In this document: positions 21,074 to 30,028 of the stretch, piece by piece
Layout: every line of letters starts with the position of its first letter
How positions within the stretch are numbered: position 1 is the stretch's first letter
Assembly (NCBI GenBank): GCA_964588985.1
Contig: CAZPQW010000010.1
Location: forward strand, 1-64,000
DNA: 64,000 nucleotides
Direction: 5' to 3'
DNA from: an uncultured Solirubrobacteraceae bacterium
GTDB lineage: Bacteria > Actinomycetota > Thermoleophilia > Solirubrobacterales > Solirubrobacteraceae
Translations under genes and position numbers: made by a program
The notes under the pieces: generated by a model
The model's input: only the letters and a program-made list of their open reading frames with translations
What the model was told of the DNA's origin: nothing
Databases searched by the model: none

Positions 21074-22751
21074 AACGACCGACATCCCGGTCCTCCTGAC
21101 CCGTGCCGACGTGGCCAGGCATGTCGGCACGTCACTGCGTCTCCTGACCTGGTGGATCTGGGCCTACGACGAGGACAACCGCTACTACGAGTTTGAGGTC
21201 GACCGGCGCACGGGAGGCACTCCGCGCATCATCAGCGCCCCGATCAAGCCGATCAAGGACTTCCAGCGTGCTTTGTTGCCGATGCTCGATGGCGCCTACT
21301 CGCCACGCCCACACGTCCACGGCTTCGCACGCGGCCGCAGCCCACAGACGAACGCCGCAATCCACCGTGGGCAGCGCTGGATCCTTCGCATCGATCTCAA
21401 GGACTTTTTCCCGACCGTGCACTTCGGTCGTGTTCGCGGCGTCTTCTCGGCGCACCCGTTTGACTTTCCAGAGGAGGTTGCGACGGTCCTGGCGCAGATC
21501 TGCTGCCATCGCAAGGTGTTGCCGCAGGGCGCACCGACATCACCGGTGATCTCCAACCTGGTCTGTCGCTCCCTCGATTCCGAGCTCAGCCGCTACGCGA
21601 AATCAAGGCACTGCCACTACACGAGATACGCCGATGACATCTGCTTTTCCTCCGGACAACGCGTGTTTCCCGGTGCGCTGGCAAGCATCGTGAACCAGCA
21701 ACCGGTGTTGCACCCGGATCTCCGGCGATTGATCGAGAACAACAACTTCACGATCAACGACGACAAGACCCGGTTGATGAGGTGGAGCCAGCGCCAACGG
21801 GTCACGGGCATCATCGTCAATCAGCACCTGAATGTTCCGCGTGAGTACAGACGACATATTCGGGCGGTCCTGCACATCTGGGATCAGTACGGCGAAGCCG
21901 ATGCGGTGGCGGCGTTCGCGCGGGCGACGGTACGCAATTGGCCACCTGAGAAGCCCGCGGCTGACTTTCCGCTAGTGGTTCGCGGTCAGTTGCAGTATCT
22001 CGGTGCGGTGCGCGGCTACGACGGCGTCTACCAGCGGCTCGCCGTCAAGCTTGCGGCCCTGGACCCGTCCTTCAAAGCCACCGCGCCGACGGTCCCAGCC
22101 CAGGGCCTCGTGACGTTCGCGACTGAGGGGCCGAGCGACCCCCAACATCTCGAGGCAGCCACACGGTTCTTTCGGGCGAACGGCGAGTTCGACGAGCTTG
22201 ACCTCCGGCACGTCAATCACATGCCGCCCAAGAACGACAATGAGCTGTGGAAGTGGCTGCAAAAGGAAAAGGACGTTCCGAACCCTGTCCCACGCGTGGG
22301 CGTGTTCGATGCCGATACAGGCTACGCGCTGAAGCTGGGGGAAAAAGGATGGGAGCACCTCGGCAACGGTGTCGTCGCGGTCGCGCTGGCAGCTGCTCCG
22401 TGGCTCTCCGCGGGCCAACGCGTTTGTATCGAGATGCTGTACCCGCCATCGGTTCTCGCGAGCTCCGACAAGGAGGGTCGGCGTGTGTGGTTGCGGAGCG
22501 ATTTCGACGAGGCGGGCGTCAGCCACGACGGCCGCTACCAGATGCAGTATCCGCAGAAGACGACCCTCGTGGTGGAGCACGTTCATCCGGTGGGGGATTC
22601 GGGCGAGTCGGTCGGCCTAGCGAAGGTCGCGTTTGCGGACGCCGTAAGGCGCGGGCAGCCCCCTTTTGATCACGTGGACTTTGAGGGCTTCCGCCCCACC
22701 CTCGAGCGATTTTGGCGCGCGGTCGCCACAGCGCAGACGTGGTGCACTTAG
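21066..22751 (+). CDS. Retron reverse transcriptase fused to a C-terminal TOPRIM domain (Ec67-like, type I-C)
   Basis: NAAIH (region X), DLKDFF, LPQGAPTSP, YADD, VTG (region Y); C-terminal TEGPSD...FDAD TOPRIM pattern. Confidence 0.9.
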   Translation: MQPTTDIPVLLTRADVARHVGTSLRLLTWWIWAYDEDNRYYEFEVDRRTGGTPRIISAPIKPIKDFQRALLPMLDGAYSPRPHVHGFARGRSPQTNAAIHRGQRWILRIDLKDFFPTVHFGRVRGVFSAHPFDFPEEVATVLAQICCHRKVLPQGAPTSPVISNLVCRSLDSELSRYAKSRHCHYTRYADDICFSSGQRVFPGALASIVNQQPVLHPDLRRLIENNNFTINDDKTRLMRWSQRQRVTGIIVNQHLNVPREYRRHIRAVLHIWDQYGEADAVAAFARATVRNWPPEKPAADFPLVVRGQLQYLGAVRGYDGVYQRLAVKLAALDPSFKATAPTVPAQGLVTFATEGPSDPQHLEAATRFFRANGEFDELDLRHVNHMPPKNDNELWKWLQKEKDVPNPVPRVGVFDADTGYALKLGEKGWEHLGNGVVAVALAAAPWLSAGQRVCIEMLYPPSVLASSDKEGRRVWLRSDFDEAGVSHDGRYQMQYPQKTTLVVEHVHPVGDSGESVGLAKVAFADAVRRGQPPFDHVDFEGFRPTLERFWRAVATAQTWCT

Positions 22752-22864
22752 AGTGCAGAGGCGGCAAGCTGCGGAGCCCGGCTTTCTAGAGCCAAGTTAG
22801 GCCACGGCAGATCGGCTTGTCGAGGATCGTTTTCTGTCTCATGTGGGACCAGGCTTGCCGCGAT

Positions 22865-23821
22865 CTATGGAGTCGAGGCGTCGTCGAGTACCCACTTTTT
22901 GCGCTTGTCCCAGTTTTTTCGCCAAGCCGGGGATCCCTTTGGCGGGAGGACGAATGTGGATGCGAGGACCAGCGGTCTTGGCGTGTCGAGCATCGCAATC
23001 TCGACATGGGTGCGAATGGATGCCGCGATCAGAGCATCCATGTTTTCGGTCTTCGCGACGCCAGCGACGATCAATCGCGCTCCCCCATCGACCGCGAGAT
23101 GGTGCTGATCTTGTCTAACGAACACGCTGTCGGGGTCGTGAGGATGAATTTTGATCTTGTCGAGCGGTACCGAAGTGCCAAATGAGGTCCAGAGGACCCC
23201 CTTATTCAGATGGCGCGGGATGACAAGACGTTCCCCCTTGACTGGGCTCAAGACAATCTCCAGCTGCAACGAGCAAGAACACAGTTCGTTGCCCTCCGGG
23301 GGACGGATAGATTTGGCCCAGAGGTGGCCACGAATCATCTCGACGCTTGGTAGGAACCGGAGAGGCCGAAATACGCTTAGGAGCTCGGAGCGGGTAGCAG
23401 TGCGGATCGCGGTGGCCTCCCGCCATGGAATCTCCTTGGTGACGGGCGATTGAGACGTCTTGACAACGTACGGCGCGTGATCCGTCCCGAACTCCAGAGC
23501 GACTGCACTCTTACCTCCTACACTGACCGCCCTATCGCGAAGCGCTGGAACGACTGCGTCGAAGTAGCTTGCTACCTGTGCCCACCAGTTGTGGGTCGCG
23601 GTGTGCTCACAACCAACAAGTCCGCGCTTCTCGTCGATGCCGATGATCCACAGGACGGGTGCTCCTCGACCCGCGTTGGCGTGGCCGGCGATGCGTCGTG
23701 CTGCCTTCTGCGGGTTTGGCCAAGCGGACTTCAACTCGATTCGCGAGTCCTCGACGTGCTGTTTCGCCTCGATCCTGGCGAGGACATCACGGACAATCGC
23801 ATCAAGGTCGGTCGCATGCAT
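22865..23821 (-). CDS. Schlafen/AlbA_2-domain protein
   Basis: EDSRIELKS...IAGHANA.G...IIGIDE; C-terminal domain not recognised. Confidence 0.75.
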   Translation of the reverse strand: MHATDLDAIVRDVLARIEAKQHVEDSRIELKSAWPNPQKAARRIAGHANAGRGAPVLWIIGIDEKRGLVGCEHTATHNWWAQVASYFDAVVPALRDRAVSVGGKSAVALEFGTDHAPYVVKTSQSPVTKEIPWREATAIRTATRSELLSVFRPLRFLPSVEMIRGHLWAKSIRPPEGNELCSCSLQLEIVLSPVKGERLVIPRHLNKGVLWTSFGTSVPLDKIKIHPHDPDSVFVRQDQHHLAVDGGARLIVAGVAKTENMDALIAASIRTHVEIAMLDTPRPLVLASTFVLPPKGSPAWRKNWDKRKKWVLDDASTP

Positions 23822-24071
23822 GGTCGCTCGTGACGCCTAGCGGGTGACGACGGGTCTCGAGACGCAAGGATACGGTGAGTGCACATCTCCTTCAACAGCA
23901 GAGGATCGCCGCAGGCCCGACAGCCAAGATCGTTTCTGCCTAATCGGGACGAACTCCGGATCGCGACTAATGCGCACGGCTGGTTTACCGCCAAAGCGTC
24001 CTCCCAGGTCTCCAAACCGCAGCGCCGATCCCACGACCAGGCGGCTACGGCAGGCGAGCCGGGAGGGATCG

Positions 24072-24294
24072 AGACCGCAAACGGACCGCAGAACCACGAA
24101 AAATCGCTCAGGAAAGCCAACCGAACCTGTCTCCCCGATGAAAAGTCACAGGTTCAGAACCTTTGACAGATCCATGAACGGGAGCAAAGCCGCGAAAAGA
24201 CGGGGGTTGGTGGTTGGCTGTTCTCGCGTGTTCCCGCTGTTCTCGGCACGCGGGACCGCAGAAGGACCGCAGCGAAGGGCAAAAGGGGACCGCA
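24072..24294 (+). repeat. Unit 1/2 junction: right arm boxes, att core 2, left arm boxes
   Basis: (A/G)GACCGCA at 24072, 24083; core 24126-39 identical to tRNA end; GGACCGCA at 24253, 24264, 24287. Confidence 0.9.
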
Positions 24295-24453
24295 GGAGAA
24301 CAGCAGAGTTGTCGAATGCTGTCAGCCACTCAGAGGCCTTGGTGTGAATACATGTCGGTGCCCGGAGTTGTCCCGTCGGTACGCCTGCGGGGGATTCCAG
24401 GCAGGTAGCTCGCCGTAGTGTCGGCCCTCGCACGAGCGAAACTCCGCGCGGCG

Positions 24454-25356
24454 CTAGCTGGTCGGCGTCGGCGGAAGCGTCTCGTCTCGCTCGCGGACGC
24501 GCAGTACGGCGTGGATGGTGGCGAGGTAGACGTAGAACGCCCACCGCAGCCACGTCAACCGGTCGTAGTCGCCGCGCTGGTGGCGGTTCTGGTGCCTGAT
24601 CGCGAAGCCGTTCGCGATGTGGAACAGCTCCCTCTCGTCCTTTGTCAGCATCGCCTCGTGGATGTCCTCGCGTAGCGCCTCCAGCACGTCCGCTAGGTCT
24701 CGCACGGCGACGCGGCGGTCATCGAGGCTGGCGCCGCGCGTGCGGAAGCGCTTGGTCGCCGAGTCGAGCTTCGAGGCGATCTCGGCCTCGGTGCTCGGGG
24801 GCACGGCGGCGGTCAGCAGCCCATGAAACTCGGCGGGTCCGGCCTCCACGACCATGCCGTCGTCGTTCATCTCGTACGGTGGATCGTGCAGCCTCAGCAC
24901 ACCATTCATCTCGTCACGGAACTCCGCCTGCCCGGCGGCTGCGTTGAACGTGTCGTAGTGCCAGCCGCACCGGGCGTAGTCGTGATACCGGCCGTCAATC
25001 GGCCGCGAGATAAGGTCGTGCATCGCCTCGACTACGTCGAACAGAGTGTCCTCGTCCCAGGCTTCATACGGTGCCATCCACTCCTCGGGACCAACCTGCG
25101 AGATCTCCCAATACGGCCAGACTCCCCTGCGCCTGATTGTGCGCATGAAGTACGCGCTGGGATTTGACCCAAGGGTGCCATCGACGTCCCCAGCATCAAC
25201 GCAGTCGTAGCCGAACGCCTCCTGCATGTAATGCTGCTCGCGGAAGTGATCGAAGACGTTGATCACAAGCTCGCGAAACTCAGGAAAGGGCAGCGGTTCG
25301 GCCTTCGGACCGCGACCCTGACGCTCGGAGAAATACTGCTTCACGGTGTCGGCCAT
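24454..25356 (-). CDS. AbiJ-like protein with putative C-terminal HEPN domain
   Basis: YFSERQG N-terminus; helical C-terminus LADVLE...IANGFAIRH. Confidence 0.6.
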   Translation of the reverse strand: MADTVKQYFSERQGRGPKAEPLPFPEFRELVINVFDHFREQHYMQEAFGYDCVDAGDVDGTLGSNPSAYFMRTIRRRGVWPYWEISQVGPEEWMAPYEAWDEDTLFDVVEAMHDLISRPIDGRYHDYARCGWHYDTFNAAAGQAEFRDEMNGVLRLHDPPYEMNDDGMVVEAGPAEFHGLLTAAVPPSTEAEIASKLDSATKRFRTRGASLDDRRVAVRDLADVLEALREDIHEAMLTKDERELFHIANGFAIRHQNRHQRGDYDRLTWLRWAFYVYLATIHAVLRVRERDETLPPTPTS

Positions 25357-25438
25357 ATAGCGGCCCAGGATAGCCCCAAGCCTCTGGCGATCACCCACGT
25401 TCGACGACACATCCGCGGTGACGGGCAGACTGCTCCTG

Positions 25439-25584
25439 ATGCCGGAGATCGACCCACTCGCGAAGCTGATCCTAGACGAAGCGGTGCACGGTCTCGACAC
25501 GCAGAGCGAGACGCTGAACAGCTGCGCAACCGCACCGGCGTCCTCATCGCCGCGGCCACGATTGCGACCGCCTTGCTCGGGTCG
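25439..25584 (+). pseudogene. Frameshifted, truncated membrane protein gene
   Basis: MPEIDPLAKLILDEAVHGLDTQSETL continues as QLRNRTGVLIAAATIATALLGS after an apparent 1-bp deletion near 25516. Confidence 0.5.
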
Positions 25585-25962
25585 ATCCCCACATGTTCTC
25601 GGCCATGTCCCGTGAGGGCCCAGCCGGGCGGGAGGCGGAGGCTACCAGTCCTAGTTGGGCATGCCAGCCGCTTGGGTGGATGCTCGAATCGCGTCCGCAC
25701 GAGGCGTTTAGATAGAAACGAACCACCCGAATGAAGACGCCACGATCATGAGACGTTTTCCCTGCAACTCCAACATGTAGAGGGTCATGACTGCTCCGCC
25801 GCTCAACCCACCAAGCGCAGAGCGAGCCAGCACAGGGAATGCTTGGACCTGCGGGGGCCGGGCAATGGCGATGGGTGCGAACCTGCAAGGCTTTCGCCTC
25901 GCCAGCGGCGGTCCGATCCACATTGCGAAGGGTTTCGGAGAGGGACGGTCAGTCGGCAGGCG

Positions 25963-26163
25963 ATGATGAATCTACTCAAGCTTTTCAACCGGGCATTGGG
26001 CGGTGGAACGACCGCTCCCCCCTCAACTGGCCGCGCAAGCCAGGCCTCAATCGCGCTTGAGGAGTTGCGGTCGGCGCGGGAGGATCAACGTCTCCACGAG
26101 CTCCTGGCTTCAGCAGAAGCAGAGGGCGCCGCAGTAGAGAGTGCCGGTCGTAAGCACTGGTAG
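25963..26163 (+). CDS. Small protein, paralogue of 26813-27028
   Basis: C-terminal EELRSAREDQRLHELLASAEAEGAAVESAGRKHW aligns with the paralogue. Confidence 0.7.
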   Translation: MMNLLKLFNRALGGGTTAPPSTGRASQASIALEELRSAREDQRLHELLASAEAEGAAVESAGRKHW

Positions 26164-26170
26164 GTTGCGT

Positions 26171-26782
26171 CTACGCCGCGTGTAGCGGCACCCAAAGCGG
26201 CACCCAAAGCCGGATTTGGGAGTGATCCGCCGTAAAGGATCGCCGGAATCCATAGTGCTTTTCCATGTGTTCGGCGGTCGGAATGTTGTTGAGTGGATCA
26301 AGAACGGCGACTGGGGTTCCTTGCAGATGCGCGACCTTCAGGGCGATGTATATCGCGTAATGCATGATCAGCCGGCCAGGCGTCTCGCTGTTTCGATGTC
26401 GAGCTATCCACGCGATCAAGGACGCGCCTTGCACTGGCTCTGGGATGGAGCTGGGTTGTTCGTGGGGCAGTTCTTTCCGGTGCTCCTTATTGAGCTTGAT
26501 GGAGTCGGATGCCAGCGCGAAGAAGCCGTCTATCTGACGCCCAGATTCAGACTTGAGGACCCACGTGACGGTTGATGGATAGTCTGAAAGAGCCGACTTT
26601 CTCAGCCACTCCGCAGATTTTTTCCCGCTATCGGTTGGGACCGATTCAAACTCGTCGATCAGGGGGCGGAGATCGCCAAAAACCGACTCACGCGCGTTCT
26701 GCGGCGTCCATCGGAACCAGCCGTCATCGATACTCATGTCTGCTGGAAAATCAGCGTGATGCGTCGAGGTAGGTGCCGCCAC
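26171..26782 (-). CDS. Divergent GNAT protein, TacT/AtaT toxin-like
   Basis: FES...EWLRKSAL..TWV..IDGFFALAS...LIAWIAR...G..AVLDP...HYGF follows the GNAT toxin pattern. Confidence 0.65.
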   Translation of the reverse strand: MAAPTSTHHADFPADMSIDDGWFRWTPQNARESVFGDLRPLIDEFESVPTDSGKKSAEWLRKSALSDYPSTVTWVLKSESGRQIDGFFALASDSIKLNKEHRKELPHEQPSSIPEPVQGASLIAWIARHRNSETPGRLIMHYAIYIALKVAHLQGTPVAVLDPLNNIPTAEHMEKHYGFRRSFTADHSQIRLWVPLWVPLHAA

Positions 26783-26812
26783 GCCCCCATGACGTGCACG
26801 AGCAGGTGATGC

Positions 26813-27028
26813 TTACCACTGCTGGCGACCCTCCGCCTCGATCCTGGTTCCCTCGGCGACTGCGGATCGGAGCAAGTCGTGGACCGTGGGGTCGCGCTGT
26901 GCCTTGCGAAGCTCCTCGGGGTCAATGATCACCGACGGCGCGTTTCTTCTGGCTCCATCCACGGGTTGGAGTAGTCCCACGGAGTTGGCGGGATCTCCCC
27001 CCAGCACTGCGATCCCACTAGCCTCCAT
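26813..27028 (-). CDS. Small protein upstream of the GNAT gene (putative antitoxin)
   Basis: GAAGGAG RBS; co-oriented with GNAT; paralogue of 25963-26163. Confidence 0.7.
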   Translation of the reverse strand: MEASGIAVLGGDPANSVGLLQPVDGARRNAPSVIIDPEELRKAQRDPTVHDLLRSAVAEGTRIEAEGRQQW

Positions 27029-27169
27029 TGTGCTCCTTCGGTTGATTGGCGGTGCGATTGACCCTGCGAGCGCGTGACCCTAGCACAAGCACAGGCGGCA
27101 CTGTCTATCCAGACAAGCGGAATAGCGCTATGCGCCGGAACAGCCCATATCTCGTATGGGTCGCAGATT

Positions 27170-28516
27170 TCAATGCCAGTGAACGCCGGTGATGTTCATG
27201 CGGATCACGTCAGCTTCGCGCATCGAAACACCGGAGAGCCACGCTCCACTTAGGTCTGCGTCCGCGAGGATGGCGTGGTCGAGGCATGCGTCTCGCAAGT
27301 CGGCGCCTCGTAGGGTAGCGCCCCTTAGGTCTGCGCCGGTGAGGTCCGCTCCGCAAAGAACAGCCTCGGAGAAGTCGGTGCCCACTGCTACGCTTTCCAC
27401 CAGCTTCGCGGACAGCATGGACGCCTTCCGGAACGACGCATGGGCGATCACCGCGCTTGTAAGTTCAATCGAGTTGAGGTTTGCGCCAACGAACCTCGAC
27501 GCAACCAGATTCGACTTGGCGGCACGAACAGCCGCGAGGCCCGCTCGATCGAAAACAGCCCGATCCGCAAAGGCCGTACGCAGGTCGGCCCGGTCAAGTC
27601 GGGCGTCGCTGAGATCAGCGTCCGTCAGGAGGGCTCCGATCATCTCTGCATCGACGAACTCGCTCCTAGCGAGCTTCGCGCTGGTGGCGACGACACCGAG
27701 GAGTGAACTGCCGACGAAGCGTGCATCCCTGCAATCCGCATTTATGAAGCGGGCGCCGCTGAGGGTCGCGCCGGTGAAGTCGGCCTGGGAGAGCGACGCA
27801 TCACTGAAGTCCGCGTCGGCGAGATTGCTGGCGCTGAAGCGCGTTCGGTGTAGCTGTGTCTTACGGAACTGGCACCTAGGAAGCTGGCTGCGAGAGAAGT
27901 CCGTCCGAGCGAATTGGCCACGCGAGAGCCGTGCGCCCTCCATCGCCACTCCGCTCAAATCAATCGTCGGCATACGCGCATGGTCACTTCGTGGATCCCG
28001 TCGACCAAGGACGGACAGGGCTGTCTGGGTCTCGACGCTCGGCGTCCTCGGTGTGTTGTTCAGCGGTATCAAGCCCCGCACGTGTGCCGCCAACAGCTCG
28101 GTGATGGCGGGGTGATCGCGCCGCGAGTCTTGGGCGATCCGCTCAAGCGCGAGAATCCCGCCGATCGATACCGAGCCCGGCCGGTCGAGCTTTTCCACTG
28201 CCGAACTGAAGCGATCAGTCAGGTGTCCTTCCGCACTGATTCGCAGCGTTCGCGCTGTGAAGAAGGCCCCGATCAGCAGCAGTCCCCCGCCTATGGCCTG
28301 GAGGCCGATTGATCGAACGTCGTCCTGCAGTTTGATCTTCGCCGCATCCGGATGGTTTCCCGAAACTATCCAATGTGGCGCCCAGATGAGTGCGAGGGGC
28401 ACGAGGAGGCATACGGCAAGGAGGACGACGATGGTGAAGATCCCGACGGGTGATCTCCGCCTTCGCCGCCCTCCGAGCCGTCTATGGTCACGCTGCCATC
28501 CAAGACCTCCTTTCAT
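27170..28516 (-). CDS. Pentapeptide repeat protein with N-terminal TM segments
   Basis: TDRFSSAVEKL...GGILALERIA, then long A(D/N)LxX repeats. Confidence 0.9.
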   Translation of the reverse strand: MKGGLGWQRDHRRLGGRRRRRSPVGIFTIVVLLAVCLLVPLALIWAPHWIVSGNHPDAAKIKLQDDVRSIGLQAIGGGLLLIGAFFTARTLRISAEGHLTDRFSSAVEKLDRPGSVSIGGILALERIAQDSRRDHPAITELLAAHVRGLIPLNNTPRTPSVETQTALSVLGRRDPRSDHARMPTIDLSGVAMEGARLSRGQFARTDFSRSQLPRCQFRKTQLHRTRFSASNLADADFSDASLSQADFTGATLSGARFINADCRDARFVGSSLLGVVATSAKLARSEFVDAEMIGALLTDADLSDARLDRADLRTAFADRAVFDRAGLAAVRAAKSNLVASRFVGANLNSIELTSAVIAHASFRKASMLSAKLVESVAVGTDFSEAVLCGADLTGADLRGATLRGADLRDACLDHAILADADLSGAWLSGVSMREADVIRMNITGVHWH

Positions 28517-28645
28517 GAATGAACCCCATCGGTACTGCGAACACCGCGCTGAGCGCGCGGCGGCCTACTTGTGGCTCCGGGCCCGAATCGGAGCTGAGAC
28601 CTCCTGTGGTTGGTGGTTGACCGAGCTGGCGCCATAACCTCACAG

Positions 28646-28689
28646 TAGCACATTAGCTAGGACATTTCGCGGACATTATATAGGGCATT
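28646..28689. promoter_or_regulatory. Four phased direct repeats TAGGRCATT-like (putative operator array)
   Basis: Copies at 28646, 28658, 28669, 28681 (12/11/12-bp spacing). Confidence 0.6.
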
Positions 28690-29414
28690 CATGTCGCCAG
28701 CCTGACCTGCTCGGTCGGCCCCATGAGTTCTATGTGGTCCCTAAAGCGTGTGAATAGGAACAGCAGCACGCCATCCGCTGTGCCAGGGAGCGGCAGCAGG
28801 AACCCGCCACAGCTTTGGCTCTCCTTCGCGGCTTTCCACCACGGCTCGTCGCCCTTGCCGTGCGCGAGCGCTTTGATCGCAGCGCCCGCCTCCAGCGGGC
28901 TGAGTGACGACACGAAGTTGCGAACCGGTAGCGCCTGGATTGAGACGGGGACGAGGTGGCTGCGGAGATTCGACGCGGGGGCGTCGCTGGCGGCCCTGCG
29001 TGTGAGTAGGTTCTGCGAGTAGGTGCGGGCTTCGGGTGCGGTCTCGAACAACTCGGCCATCCCCGCGCTCCAAAAACACGGAGGATCGCACCCGCATGGC
29101 CGTCCGGCGGACGTGAGGTCGTTCCGCCAGTTGGTGTTTAGAACCAGTCGGGAGCGGGAGTAGAGCACTATCGGCGGGAGCCGACAAGGCGGGACTCCGG
29201 GTGTGGCAATGGTGCGATGCGATCCTCGCCTCGGTTCCGACCCCGCTCGCCGGGTCGGGTGTGCGATGCGAAGCTCATCATCCAGCGCTGCGGTCGTCCA
29301 TCGAGCTCCCTTCCCTTGCCCCTGGGTCATGCTTGGTATCGATCTCCTCCGATTCGGGTCAACGCTAGCGTCCTGTCCCCGGTAGTGCTTATGTCTTAGC
29401 CATAGTATCGCCAA
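28689..29414 (-). CDS. Divergent RES-domain-like protein
   Basis: WLR...DP...GARW...VLYS...GFLLP...LFLF resembles the order of RES-fold motifs; adjacent to an Xre/MbcA gene. Confidence 0.45.
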   Translation of the reverse strand: MAILWLRHKHYRGQDASVDPNRRRSIPSMTQGQGKGARWTTAALDDELRIAHPTRRAGSEPRRGSHRTIATPGVPPCRLPPIVLYSRSRLVLNTNWRNDLTSAGRPCGCDPPCFWSAGMAELFETAPEARTYSQNLLTRRAASDAPASNLRSHLVPVSIQALPVRNFVSSLSPLEAGAAIKALAHGKGDEPWWKAAKESQSCGGFLLPLPGTADGVLLFLFTRFRDHIELMGPTEQVRLAT

Positions 29415-29482
29415 ATGCCCTATCTAATGCCCTATTATATTGCATTGCCTGCTACACTTGCGGCGATGAAGGGCAAGACATA
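29390..29482. promoter_or_regulatory. AT-rich divergent promoter region with the same repeat boxes
   Basis: AATGCCCTA at 29414 and 29426; TATGTCTTA at 29390; CAAGACATA at 29474. Confidence 0.55.
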
Positions 29483-29527
29483 ATCACGACCTAGGTGATC
29501 TCTCTGATCGCTCGAGTAGGAGGCACG

Positions 29528-30028
29528 ATGAATGACGAACTGGAGTGGGCAGAGTGCTTGCGACGCACACTCAATCGCCGAGATGTCCTGAAAGTACTGC
29601 GCGATATAGGACTCTCCACAGAAGACATTGCGATCGCCACGGATGCAGACGCTCGAACCGTTCGGCGCTGGCTGGACGCCCAAGAGCCGCGGCGGGGATA
29701 TGACGAAGCTATCGATCGTCTACGGACCGCTGTCCTGTATCTGTTGCAGCGACGCGCGATGCCCACCAACGAGATCTCGCTTTGGCTGCGCAGTCGAAGC
29801 TTCGAACTGGGCACCGACCCCGTGCTCGGGGTACGCCGGCCTCTGGATGCTTTGGCCGAAGGCGGGTTGGCTGACGTGCTTGCGGCGGCAGACGCTTTCA
29901 TTCGGCCGGCGGAGGGCAGCCTTTCGAAGGCGGAGGTCGATGCTGATCTGCGAACCAACGCAGCGCAGCCAGCGACCAAGGTCGATCGGCGGCAAAAGGT
30001 ACTGTCTGGCGCCGCACGACGACCATGA
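29528..30028 (+). CDS. Xre/MbcA/ParS-like antitoxin (HTH plus DUF2384-like domain)
   Basis: GLSTEDIA.AT.ADARTVRRW HTH; WLRSR...LG..RPLDAL.EG...VLAAADAF; AGGAGG RBS. Confidence 0.78.
   Translation: MNDELEWAECLRRTLNRRDVLKVLRDIGLSTEDIAIATDADARTVRRWLDAQEPRRGYDEAIDRLRTAVLYLLQRRAMPTNEISLWLRSRSFELGTDPVLGVRRPLDALAEGGLADVLAAADAFIRPAEGSLSKAEVDADLRTNAAQPATKVDRRQKVLSGAARRP

Noticed and set aside
21066-22751. RT as group II intron, DGR or CRISPR-associated RT
   Set aside because: It has retron-specific NAxxH and VTG motifs and a1/a2 repeats; no intron domain V, TR/VR pair or cas1 was seen.
23840-24070. Integrase remnant next to att core 2
   Set aside because: No recognisable recombinase motif (e.g. HxLRH...Y) in the provided frames; a sensitive HMM search is still needed.
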